A DNA stretch of 62,934 bases, filler included, from Sphacelaria rigidula (lineage: Eukaryota): assembly GCA_964200075.2 (NCBI GenBank). It is 4 parts of 4 records of this genome, joined end to end, with 100 filler letters (N's around TTAATTAATTAA, not from the genome) between each part and the next. Parts side by side here need not be neighbours in the genome. Positions count along the whole stretch, not along the records: positions 47,283 to 62,934 come from CAXNAA020001659.1; 3 more parts are not named here. One strand, 5' to 3'. The position numbers were made by a program, and so were the translations under genes. This document shows positions 49,033 to 60,300 of the stretch, in pieces. Within the stretch, counting starts at the first letter, position 1, and each line of letters starts with the position of its first letter. The notes beneath the pieces are model-generated. The model had not been told where the DNA came from. It saw only the letters and a list, made by a program, of their open reading frames with translations, and did not search any database.

Positions 49033-51192
49033 TCACCTGTCGGACGTCCAAGAACGAAAACTAGACACTCTTGGCTCCAACTTCATGTTTGATTTTACCT
49101 CGGCCTCTTCAGCTTGCACATTATCGAACGCGCCAAGACACCCAGACACCACTGCCGACGAATCATATAGCCATCCCGTACCCACACCACTACTATTACT
49201 GGAGCTCTTGCCAGCACCTACGCTGCTCGAATCACTCGAACAGGTACCCTGTACCCTACGATCACTTACACAAGTGCCGCAGTGCGCTGGAAAAGCGACT
49301 GCCGTCTCTACCTTTATTCCTGCCCCTGCCCTTGCCTCTGAAGACACCTGACCATGAGCCCCTGAGATTATCTGTGCTGAGCGCAACGATAGCGTTGTAC
49401 AACCCCGCCCGTGACTGGGACACACACAACGACGAGTGCCAACAACGGCACATGAACTAGAGCCCGAGCATCCGGCGCGTTTGCGTCTTTTTCCACGTAT
49501 ATCAGCAACGAACCCTCCAACAACCGTCGGGCTACGGCTGGAGGTGGCCCCCGTAGTGTTGAGTTTTGCGGCGTCGTGCACTGTAGGCGTGTTGGGTGTA
49601 GTAGTATGCTGTTGGCAAAACTGTGAATCATCAACGTTGTGCCCCTTGGAGATACATGACTCGGAGGATCCGTTTTTGCCGGACTTGACATTCTCTATGC
49701 CCACAACTCCCGTCCTGGCATGATTGGAGCAGAACTCTGCCTCCTCGCTCCCCACCACACCATACGTCGGATGCTTGAGGCAGGCCTCGCGATGATACCT
49801 AATCTTCACATTCACCATGCCCGCCGTGGCATGCTCGGCGCAGAACGCCCTCCTCTTGCTCCCTGGTACACAAAACGTTGGAAATTTGAGACAGTCCTCG
49901 TGGCCGCACATCCTACCGACCACATTTACCATTCCCACCCTGGCGTGCTCGGAGCAGAACTCCGCCTTCTTGCTTCCTGCTACACCATATGATGGAGACT
50001 TCAGGCAGGCGTCGTCGCTGCACTTCCTGGTGACCACATCCATCATTCCCGCCCTCGCGTGCTCAGAGCAGAACTCCGCCTCTTCGCTTCTTGCCACACC
50101 ATACGACGCATGCTTGAGGCAGCGCTCGTCCCTGCACCTCTTGTTCCTCACGGTCACCATTCCCGCCCTGGCGTGCTCGGAGCAGAACTCCGCCTTCTTG
50201 CTTCCTGCTACACCATATGATGGAGACTTTAGGCAGGCGTCGTCGCTGCACTTCCTGGTAACCACATTCACCATTCCCACCCTGGCGTGCTCGGAGCAGA
50301 ACTCCGCCTTCTTGCTCCCTGCTACACCATATGAAGGATGCTTGAGACAGGCGTCCTCGCTGCACCTCTTGTTCCTCACGTTCACCATTCCCGCCTTGGC
50401 GTGCTCGGAGCAAAACTCCGCCTTCTTGCTCCCTGCTACACCATATGATGGATGCTTCAGGCAGGCGTCGTTGCTGCACTTCCTGTTGACCACATTCACC
50501 ATTCCCACCCTGGCGTGCTCGAAGCAGAACTCCGCCTTTTTGCTTCCCGCTACACCATACGATGGATGTTTGAGACAGCCCTCGTCGCTGCACTTTGTGA
50601 CCCTCACGTTCACCATTCCCGTCCTGGCGTGCTCGGAGCAGAACTCCACCTTCTTGCTCCCTGCTACACCATACGATGGATGTTTGAAACAGCCCTCGTC
50701 GCTGCACGTTTTGTCCCTCACGTTCACCATTCCCGTCTTGGCGTGCTCGGAGCAGAACTCCGCCTTCTTGCTTCCTGCTACACCATATGATGGATACTTC
50801 AGGCAGGCGTCGTCGCTGCACCTCTTCTCTCTCACGTTCACCATTCCCGTCTTGGCGTGCTCGAAGCAAAACTCCGTCTTTTTGCTCCCTGCTACACCAT
50901 ACGATGGATGCTTGAGACAGCCCTCGTTGCTGCACTTCCTGGTGACCACATTCACCATTCCCACCCTGGCGTGCTGGGAGCAGAACTCCGCCTTTTTGCT
51001 CCCTGCTACACCATACGATGGATGCTTGAGACAGGCGTCGTTGCTGCATCTCTTGTTCCTCACGTTCACCATTCCCACCCTCGCGTGCTGGGGGCAGAAC
51101 TCCGCCTTCTTGCTTCCTGCTACACCACACGATGGACGCTCGACACAGCCCTCGTCGCCGCACCTTTTGTTCCTCACATTCACCATTGCCAC
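49033..51192 (-). CDS. EsV-1-7 cysteine-rich repeat protein (12 intact + 2 degenerate 38-aa repeats, low-complexity C-terminus)
   Basis: 719-aa uninterrupted ORF; 114-bp unit MVNVxxxxCSxxxCLKxPSYGVAGSKKAEFCSEHARxG fits C-X4-C-X16-C-X2-H-X12, the motif of the EsV-1-7/IMMEDIATE UPRIGHT family; true start uncertain. Confidence 0.9.
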   Translation of the reverse strand: MAMVNVRNKRCGDEGCVERPSCGVAGSKKAEFCPQHARVGMVNVRNKRCSNDACLKHPSYGVAGSKKAEFCSQHARVGMVNVVTRKCSNEGCLKHPSYGVAGSKKTEFCFEHAKTGMVNVREKRCSDDACLKYPSYGVAGSKKAEFCSEHAKTGMVNVRDKTCSDEGCFKHPSYGVAGSKKVEFCSEHARTGMVNVRVTKCSDEGCLKHPSYGVAGSKKAEFCFEHARVGMVNVVNRKCSNDACLKHPSYGVAGSKKAEFCSEHAKAGMVNVRNKRCSEDACLKHPSYGVAGSKKAEFCSEHARVGMVNVVTRKCSDDACLKSPSYGVAGSKKAEFCSEHARAGMVTVRNKRCRDERCLKHASYGVARSEEAEFCSEHARAGMMDVVTRKCSDDACLKSPSYGVAGSKKAEFCSEHARVGMVNVVGRMCGHEDCLKFPTFCVPGSKRRAFCAEHATAGMVNVKIRYHREACLKHPTYGVVGSEEAEFCSNHARTGVVGIENVKSGKNGSSESCISKGHNVDDSQFCQQHTTTPNTPTVHDAAKLNTTGATSSRSPTVVGGFVADIRGKRRKRAGCSGSSSCAVVGTRRCVCPSHGRGCTTLSLRSAQIISGAHGQVSSEARAGAGIKVETAVAFPAHCGTCVSDRRVQGTCSSDSSSVGAGKSSSNSSGVGTGWLYDSSAVVSGCLGAFDNVQAEEAEVKSNMKLEPRVSSFRSWTSDR

Positions 51193-51554
51193 CCTGGCGT
51201 GCTTGTAGAAGAAATTCGCTTCGTAGCCTAATGCACTGTATGATAACCGCTTGGAGCTGCCCTCGCTGATGAAAAAATTTCTTCGTCACGTCGGTCGTCA
51301 GCTTCCTCTTCGCGTCGTCCTCCTTAGAAAAACAGCCTCTGCCAGCAGCACGATCGTCAAAACGCCGAGAAGCTGTTTGTGAGCTACAGGTCGCAGCGAG
51401 TGAAGTTCTTTTGTAGACAGAATGAAACTGCATTTGCTGCGCATTGCCCAGAAGAGCACGAGACATCTGCATCCACCAAGACGATGCTTGATGTGCACTG
51501 ATCCATTAAACTTGCTGCCCGATGTGGAGTAGTCCACCTCGAGTACACATGCAT

Positions 51555-51815
51555 ATGCATGATGAGCCGCAGGTTGACACAGAACATTTGGATATTTTCG
51601 TTTACATCATGGTATTGAGTCATGGCATGTTCTCTGGACTATAACCATGACTGCTTGACATATGATATGTGTTCACGGAGGAGCAATCATCACTTCCGAA
51701 AACGAAGATGGTGTTCTTGTGAACAACATCTGCCTTGAAGTCTCCAAGCCCGAGTGAGGGCGGAAGCCCGTGGAGCCGTCTCTCTTACCTTATTCTGAGT
51801 CCAGGAGGGGTCTAA
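51555..51815 (+). pseudogene. Mutator (MULE)-like transposase relic, copy 1
   Basis: With stops and frameshifts reads QVDTEHL...VHGGAIITSENEDGVLVNNICL...SESRRGL; homologous to 56137-56397. Confidence 0.4.
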
Positions 51816-52399
51816 AATAAACATTTCTCAGGCAATCCGCTGGTTACTGGGGAAGGATTTTTCACCTGCGGAGAATTTGTGCAAAACTTGTACACGAATG
51901 TGTATAGTCTGTAACGCGAAGCAGCTCGCTGAACAATAGAAGGACGGCGACGTTGGTTGGAAGCACTGCGTGCAGCTAAGGAAACCGTACAATGCGAAAG
52001 GGGAGGTGATTGGAGCGCTGCAGGCGATGAGGTGAGGTTTAAATTTACTGAGCGTTTGCCAGGTGGATCGCTGAAAGAACCGGGGTACGAAAGCACTTCA
52101 GTGGAGATGCCTCCAGACGGTTGTATCAGAAATATAAGGATTACGAGGGAACCGTAAATTGGGCAACGAGGGGCGTACAGTGCAGACCGCTTCATTTACC
52201 ATGACAGAACTCGTGCCCATGCACCTTCGCGCGTGTCTGTCAGATACAACTTTCGACGGATCGGTACTTGATGACGATCATCTCGAGGAGGCGTTCTGCG
52301 CACATCCAAAGGTATTGGAAATATACATAGGTCGATCCTTCCGTTGCTGTAGCTGCTGTGCGGAAGGCGTTGGCCGCCTGAAACGAGCCGACCGCCGTG

Positions 52400-54247
52400 G
52401 GTAGAATAAAAGGGCAGTGGGGTGCCCTCGCAGTGTATTTCGCCGAAATGCGAGCGTTGAACGCGCGTTCCGCGAGGATCAGACGTTTAAATCAGAACCC
52501 GATGAAATTTTAAGGCAGGATTTGCTCACCGGGATGACCCACCCTGAATTCAAGACAAAGGTTCCAACCATGTTATACATGAAGAGGAGTGAGGGGGTGG
52601 GAAGAGGACCCGGGCCCGTGTACGATACGGCTCGGGAAGCAGCGGAGGCATGGAAGACGGTAGACGCGGCTAGTAAACAGCGCCGTCAGCAGCCGCAGCT
52701 AAAACAGAAGAGCGGCAGCGGGCCCTCCGCTTTCAGGGGCCGACCGAATAGTGAAAAAACGGGCACCACTGGCAGTGAGACTGCAACTTCTGGGAAATCT
52801 CGGAACTAGGCCCAAGCTACGCGGGTTGTTTCGCATGCGGAGACAAGAGCCGCTTCCCGAAGGATTGCAAGCAGCAAACCCAAGCTGCTGCTTCACGACA
52901 TACTACAGGTGAACAGACGAAGGCCGGCGACACGCAGCAACGGCAAGCAGCAGCTGTCGCAGGGCCCTGAAAAGGTGCCTCGATGAGGGGGCAAGAGTCC
53001 TGCCTCTTCAAGGGCTGAAATTTCAGCGGATGAGGGGAGTGGTCGTCGCAGTCAAGCGATGCTGCCGCCAGAACAGGTCATTTCTGATGCGTGGCGTACA
53101 GCAGACAATATCGGGGGATGTAGTCCCGGGCCGGAGATCTGAGGCGGTGTAGTCGTGGAGATCGCTCAAGCTGGGTGAGGTGTCAGGTATTCAGTCCAAG
53201 GGTCTGTACGTGGATGAATAGAAAACGTTTGATGTTGCGCCGAAGGAGGCGGTACAGGTTGCCGCGAAAAACGGTACCTCGGAGAGCGGCGTGAGCCAGC
53301 CTCGTGAACTTCTACGGAGCAGAGCGAACGTCTTTCGGCGAGTGCTGCACGGTTATCCGCCTCCTCGTGTCGAGCCCTTGAAGGTGAAGGTCAAACCTGT
53401 TGCTGTGGAGGCAAAGGCTCGGCCGAGCGCAAACTCTCCGGTCAGGATGGCATGGTTGGAACGATACATCGCAATATTGGTGGCGCTCGGGCTCATCGAC
53501 TGCACTTTGCCGGTAGTGCGAGCGAGAGTGGCGACGGCAACGCCTCAGAACTTCTGTTCCCCACGGATGAGTGACTACACTACAAGGCGGGGGAGCGAAT
53601 ACCCCATCCCCACAGGGAGATGGTGCATCGTACTCGCCCAGGGGAGGGGATACATTCCACTTTCCTCAGTGTTAGCGAGAATGGGCGGCTGGGAGATGGT
53701 GGATTGGACGAAGGAGATCGGTTCAAGTACATATTGGTAACGATGGACGACCTGACCAGCTTCGTGTGGTGGGGGCCATCGGAGTCATACATGGCGACGA
53801 CGACGGTGAAGCATCTGTTGACATGATGCAAAGCGCTGGGACCGCTGGAGGTATGGGTCAGCGATACGACATCGCCATTTGAGAATTGTGTGGTGAGAGA
53901 GCCCGAGAAGGCGCTGATGGATAGCAGATTAATGGTGACTAACTCGCCTTGGTCTCATCGTGAATGTGAGCGAATGATGGGTGACATTGTTCGTACCTTA
54001 AAGGTAACAATGCAGGGAGGAAGACGCGACGTTAATGCCTGGGTGTGTTTGAAGCCTGCCGTGCAGTGAACACCGAACAACGATTTCCGAGGGACCTATA
54101 GGAGCTTTAGCTGTCCTATGATGCGAGGAGCAACTGTTCGAATGGACATGCCGCTGTATGGTGTGGACGAGATTGTAGCCGGAGTGTTGCTGTTTCTCAG
54201 GAGCGCAGCAGAACTACAAGGAAGGCATTACCTGGGGTGGTGGATGA
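52400..54247 (+). mobile_element. Internally deleted Ty3/Gypsy remnant
   Basis: Gag-like 52417-52809; pre-RT NVFRRVLHGYPPPRVEPLKVKVKP..WLERY..L..LGLI (53291-53510) joined to integrase core TRPGE..KYILVTMDDLTSFVW..VWVSD..NSPWS..CERM (53620-54010); most of RT and RNase H absent. Confidence 0.75.
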
Positions 54248-54650
54248 TGTGGTGAGGGCCGGGTCCTAACCCTACAAGGAAGGCAAGTACTGGTGTGATT
54301 GCTTGTTGAGAATGAGGAAGCACATGATGACTGGTATATCTTGATCGTTTTGGGCGCGATTGTAGGTTGTTGTGGTGTGGTTTCTGGTCATGTGTGTGCT
54401 GCTGCTCGCGCATGAAGCATGCAGTTGAGCGAATATGATCGTATTGGGTTTGCTGGGGGAAATGCCGGCGTACACGCGGATGTTTAGTGTCTGTGTGTTG
54501 TGCTGCCCTAGTTAGCACGCATGATACATGGTGGTTTATTGCTTTTCTTTTGAATTGCTCTTTTCATTCATATATTCGGGCCCGAAGGCAAGAGAGAGAG
54601 AGAGAGAGACGACTGCTTGCAGGGCACGATCTGTAAACCCTTCTGCCACA
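54248..54650 (+). repeat. 3' LTR of the Gypsy remnant (403 bp)
   Basis: TGTGGTGAGGG...CCCTTCTGCCACA inverted termini (TG..CA), preceded by purine-rich GGGGTGGTGGATGA as a candidate PPT. Confidence 0.65.
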
Positions 54651-54996
54651 GACTATCGTGTCTCTGCTCATGAAAACTGTCTTTCTCTCTCCCTTAGAAC
54701 ACCAGGGGGACACATAAACGCTCCTAATGTACGTGAAAATCTCAAACGACCAAGTCCCCAAATGGTACTCCACCATTCCTTCACCCTATATCAAGCAATC
54801 CCCCTCCCTTCCGAAAACGGGTGGGTGGGCGAGAAAAAGGCACACCTAATCGATAAAACTTGTTGGCCCCTGTCGAACTGGCCCAAATCCTTCTATGTTC
54901 TCTCTGTCCACCTTTTGTGTCTCAAACCTACGCTGATTTGCGTTTCCTTGTTTCGACTATCCGTGGACTTTCCCGCAAAGTGAACGCTTGGGGATG

Positions 54997-55158
54997 ACTA
55001 TTCAACTGTTTCTCCGTGACCCTCAAAAAGAGTCTGAAAAAATAAAAAGGAGGCTGACTATTTGGCTGTTCCTCCGTGACCCTCAAAAAGCGTCTGAAAA
55101 AATAAAAAGGAGGCTGACTATTTGACTGTTCCTCCGTGACCCTAAAAGAGCGGCTGAA
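54997..55158. repeat. ~60-bp tandem repeat, about 2.7 copies
   Basis: GACTATTT..CTGTTCCTCCGTGACCCTCAAAA.G.GTCTGAAAAAATAAAAAGGAGGCT repeated. Confidence 0.9.
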
Positions 55159-55739
55159 CTGATAAACGCCTCTTTGGCCAACTCGATGTTTGCAATAAAC
55201 AGCGGTTTGCTTCTTTCTGAACAAACCTCCCCTTTACGCAAACAAGCTCGTGAGTGAAATATTAGCATGCATGTGTGGATTTTTCGCTTGAATGTAGCTG
55301 ATGTGCATGGTGTCTGGTGACGAGTTAGGGTAAGGCAGTTTCGATATACTGCTGAATGCTGAATGAGGTGCAGCTCGTATAATCTTGTTCGCGCAGAAAT
55401 AGAGTGGAATCATTTTTGTGCGATTTGCACATACTGACGGGAAGATGGTGGTGATTGCTGCCGTTGGCGTGAAAATGAACCGAAACTGCGATACGAAATG
55501 CGTAGGCTCATACATGAGCAGGTTCAACGCGAGTTTTTCAGGTGGTTGACGATCAAGAAATCATGCGCGAAAACAGTCATCTTTGACTGTGGCACGTCTT
55601 TTGATGGCTTACTACGTGTTTGGACGAGCACATGGATACTGTTTCGCTTCTGACTGAAAGGGGCGTGTGGATGGTGTGCCTATTTGTTTGGAAGAAGCAC
55701 CCTTTCCTGTTCTGGGCTGCGTCAGTTGGGACTAAGTCA

Positions 55740-56600
55740 AAACGTGCAGGCACATTTTCTGGAAAAGTACGGTATTGAGCTTCGAGTGAATGCTAATATC
55801 GAAGGCTACTGATCGAGATGGTATTGTGCTTGGCGCGTTTGCTTTGTGGGAGAATGTCACGCACTGAAATTACCGCTGACTGAAACATTGACTCCATTGA
55901 CTGAAATATTGACTCCATTGACTTCGGTTGAGCCGTTGTCTTCGAGTGTCAATGTTCAGGGTTGTGCCTATCATCATTTTCTGCTGTGGGACATGACATT
56001 ACATGGTCGTGCGTCATCAGCCGGTGGATAAAGGTAGCATGAACGTGATCGTCGGTATCCACTGTTCATCAAACGCGCTTTCTACTTCGAGTAGTGCGGA
56101 GTTTTGGGGGTGCTGTGAAGTAACTCATTCAGATCCATGGTGAGCTGCAGGTTGATACAGGACATTTGAAAATTAGCTTCACATTGTGATACTGGGTCAT
56201 GGGATATTATTTGGAGAATTACTATAACTGCTTGACAAATGAGTGTTGCAGTGTTCACGGAGGTGCAATGATCACCTCCGACAACGAAGAATGTGTGCTG
56301 GTAAACAACATCTCTCTTGAAGTCTCCGAGCCCTAGGGAAGGAGGAGGCCCTTTGAGCAGTCCTTTTTACCTTGTTCCGAGTGCAGAAGGGGTCTACACC
56401 GAGGGAGTTCGGCGAACGAGGATGCCCTCTACACTACCGTGACATGCATCGGAAACAACGATAGGACCAGTGTTGTACACACGTAGACTACATGTGGTGG
56501 TGAAACCCTACCAGCCCGGATTCCATTGCCAAATCGTTCTTGGTTGTGGAAAGACACGTGGCAGGATGAAACATGTCAAATCATATGTACCCGGGTCTCC
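55740..56600 (+). pseudogene. Mutator (MULE)-like transposase relic, copy 2
   Basis: HGELQVDTGHLKISFTL*YWVMG...VHGGAMITSDNEECVLVNNISL...SECRRGL resembles the MULE pattern DGxHLK..V.SEN.E..SD..KGL; differences from copy 1 at 56257-56310 fall mostly at third codon positions; outer boundaries approximate. Confidence 0.45.
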
Positions 56601-57388
56601 ACCACTCCTGGCAACGCGTGAGGAAGTTGCTTTCTACTCTTGGACTACCTAACAGCGTTGGTAGAAGTTGTTCTATACGCACAGAACACTTGTACACGTT
56701 TGGGAAAACCATCCTGAACTCCCACGTACCTGACAAGTTTTTGGGATATAGCTGATATGCCATGATCTCATTTTACCCACCAGTCAGAAATAGAACAGGG
56801 ATACCCTGTTTTCTCAACGGCGCTTCACGTGATCCTCGAAAGGCAGTTATTCTGATATTTGTATTCAACGTGAAATGTGTACATGCGTGGAGAAAAAATA
56901 TATATCTGCCGAGTCTCGACACACGCGCGCACATGGCGTCCAGTAGTACGTATTTGATTGCGCTCGTACGCATGCGCGTGATAGTTCCAATAAAAATACA
57001 AGCTGATAACTATGAGTTATCGCCGCAAAATAAAGTACCACACCGTTTTAGTTGCAACTTGACCTATCAGTGGGTATTCACCATCTGTGGAACCGGTCTT
57101 ACGGAGGAATTCGGGTACTGCTCGTATCTTGTCTACACGATGCGCACGATGGTTACATACTTCCTCACGCCGGTTAATGGTGTCCTGTCAGGGAAGCGCT
57201 CAAAGTTGAGCGGGACGCAAGGTAGGTGCGAGGCACAATTACTTTCAGCGCAGTACATTTTGAACCCTTCGGGTGGGTATATCAAAGCTGTATACATTCT
57301 AGGCAGCGCAAAAAAAAACATCGTCACAGCAGACATCGTTCTTGCTTGTCCTGTTCTGGACAAAACATGTCCTGACCTCTGGAAAAGG

Positions 57389-60300
57389 TTCACACCCTGG
57401 ACAATACAGTATGTAATATATATTGCCTGCTCAATATATCGACGCGTCGGGTGCTCAACATGTATTGGACAAGTAGCATGCTGACACGAGAGATAGATCA
57501 GTCAGTATGTATTGTGCCATCAATATGTCACGGCCCGCCACATGCATTATGTACCGACCGAACAAATTACGAAACGCGCCAACTCGACATATATTGACCG
57601 AATATCAGGTTCGTGCGGTAAGGCGCCAACACATATTTGTCGAGAAATATATTGGCTGCCACACGAGGTGAATATAGTTTAAGGATTCAATAAACCCAAC
57701 ACCCTACGCGCCGATATTGCCGCCTCAATATGCCGTGCGTCAATGTGTCCGATACATATTGGGCGAAAAATACACGAGGGAACCAACCGTCACAACATAC
57801 ATTTCGGGAAGCGTATAGAAGTTAGTATGGTGGGCAGTTTCATGTTCGCGGGCGCCACTGAAAGATGTATCACCAGATGCCGAAAAGCTCGATAAAGTCC
57901 TCCGCGAGCGTGTCCAATATACATTGGCTGCACAACAGCCATGCGATGAGTGTGCACAATACATGCTGGAAAAACAATAATTTTGCATGGTTTGTGTCCA
58001 ACATATCTTACGCCAACAAAATAAGTTACGCATGGCTTCGACTCAACATACATTGACACTCAAATACATGCACGGCCGACGTGAACAACTTGCATGAAAT
58101 GTTTTGCTCCCGTAGCAAACGCATGCCCAATGTATATTGTCATGCAGTACTTCACGAACATACACGCGGACTACGTGCTATTGCTTCAATGTCTCCGAGG
58201 TCACCCCAACTCAATATATCTCGAAATGACAATATTTGTGCTGTCCCCAATGTAAATAATTGGTATCATCTTGGAACATTTTGATTTGTCCAGGGTACAG
58301 GCAACACAGCACCCATGACCAGAGGGGTACCAGAAGGCGTGTATCGACCCGCGTTCCCGCCGTCGTGCCGTTAACCCCGATACATTATATACTATGAAGG
58401 GGATGGGCGGCACCACACCGGTGGAAAGATGGGTGTCACAAGGCATATATACTGGGTCGCCTCTTCTGTCACCATTTCTTCCGGTCGAAATATATGTATC
58501 AAACTCATTCGAACACCCTCCGCAGCCATGCACACGAACGTTTGCGGGTTCCTTTCAAGCTTTTCCCAATCTGCACGGGCTGTGGAATCCATCGCATCCG
58601 GATCTCTTTCGAGGCGTAGACCAAACTTCTGATATCGCATGGCCTCCGAGGTTGGCGGAATCCTGCAGCGCCAATGTCCCGGCAGGACCGCGACATTGGC
58701 GATTGCCGTCTTGACAGTCTCCGGTACACGGCATGTTGCCGCAACCGGTTGACGCGGCAAGACGGCACCGTCATCGTTCCTTGACCCCTGCGAGATCGTC
58801 CAACTGCCCCCATCGTCCGGCCTTGTCGAACCATCAACATTCAGTACTCGCCACTAGCGGTTAGCCGACCAGCTTCACCCCTGAATTCGTCCATTTTGTT
58901 TCATGTGTTGACAGTCATTTCTTTAAGCAAACGGTCACCCTGGTCTTCCGTGATGCGGTGGAGGGACGGGGGTTGGTTGGTGGTCTGTGGGGGGCAGGGA
59001 GTCACAGATACATGTTTTTCCGTGGACAGCAGAGAGCCACGGAGGAATGGTTTTCCGTAGAAAGCTGGCAGCCACTCACGAACTTTGCAGCTGACACCCA
59101 CAAAATAGTACATACCCTGACAGCTGACTAGCTTGTAAACAACAGATATATCTCAAACTCGAGGCTTCCCTTAATATAACAGGAGTTTACAGCAAACAAT
59201 TTCGGAACTTTGAGTTTGGAATATCTTCAACGTTCCTGGTTTGTTTGCTGGCCATGGGTCACGGCATCGTTTTAATCAAAAGTGATGCCGATTCATCAGC
59301 CAACGTAACCCAACAGCCACAGGGTCAGGTAACTAATGAATCGGATCATTTTCCCACGAAATTTACTGCGAAATAATTCGAAGGGACGACGCAACACTCT
59401 CGTCAACTTTGGTTTCTCGGAATGATTCGAAATGGCTCTCGTGTAAACATCCTGCACGCCAACGAAACATTGACGTTTACTTGTTGAATTACACTGAAGG
59501 AGAGATTCGTTGGACAGGATGACTTTCAGGACGCGGCATAGCACAGCACTTAAACACACATGAGTCGGTGGAGCATACATTCGACATCGATGCGCTCACC
59601 CCCGATACCCTGACCGGGCAATATAATGACACCCATACGGCCCCAATATCTTTTGACCGGGCAATATGTTGGCACCCACGCGGCCGCAATATATATTGAC
59701 CGGTCAAAATATTTTCACCGATTCAACTCTCATAGAGAGTTTCGGAAACAAAAAACCGACCGGGAAACTCAGAGTTGGGGTTTAGAAGTTGGGATTCAAG
59801 GCCAGGATGTGACGAATTCCCCAAGATAAACCTCGACAACTGAACCCTGAGAAGAGACGTGCGCAGCAACTCGGGATTAGCTTGAAAATGTTCAAATAAA
59901 CCCCGAGTTGCTGAATTCCCCAAAGCGTTGGTGCCCAACTCAGGGATGGGAACCGGAACTAGACACCCTGCCCCATAATAACGACCAAGGTTACAGAACA
60001 CAGCGGTAGGAGAAAGATCGTAAGTGGGGCGATGGCAGATGCCGTGAACGCCCGCGAAAGCGCTGGTGATAGCAGCTCGTTCACGAGGGTGACCCAAGAC
60101 TACGAGGAACACTTGGAGGCGAACCGGGGAGCCGAGAAATCAGTCGACCTGGGTTATGATGACGCGAAAGGGCGACAGTCGGCCACTCAAGCAGCCGCTA
60201 CAAGGACTTGACAAAGTGGCCACCAAACGTGAAGCATGCGTCAGCTCGCGCAGGTACACCACCGATGGGTGGTCATTTTGTCGAAATCCTCGTAGCGGCT

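Noticed and set aside
49033-51192. Endogenous phaeovirus insertion
   Set aside because: No other viral genes (capsid, polymerase, viral integrase) on this contig; EsV-1-7 genes are also a host family.
49817-51472. Long overlapping ORFs 49817..51208 (+) and 50063..51472 (-)
   Set aside because: Shadow frames of the 114-bp EsV-1-7 repeat; a stop-free unit stays open in other frames when repeated.
51555-56397. Direct repeats as paired LTRs of the 52.4-54.2 kb Gypsy
   Set aside because: No TG..CA ends, a codon-position substitution bias indicates coding origin, and a better LTR lies at 54248-54650.
56250-56480. ParB/Srx-like motif on the minus strand (GPIVV...FFVVGGDH)
   Set aside because: Differences between the two copies hit first codon positions in that frame and both copies share stops; the plus-strand frame is better supported.
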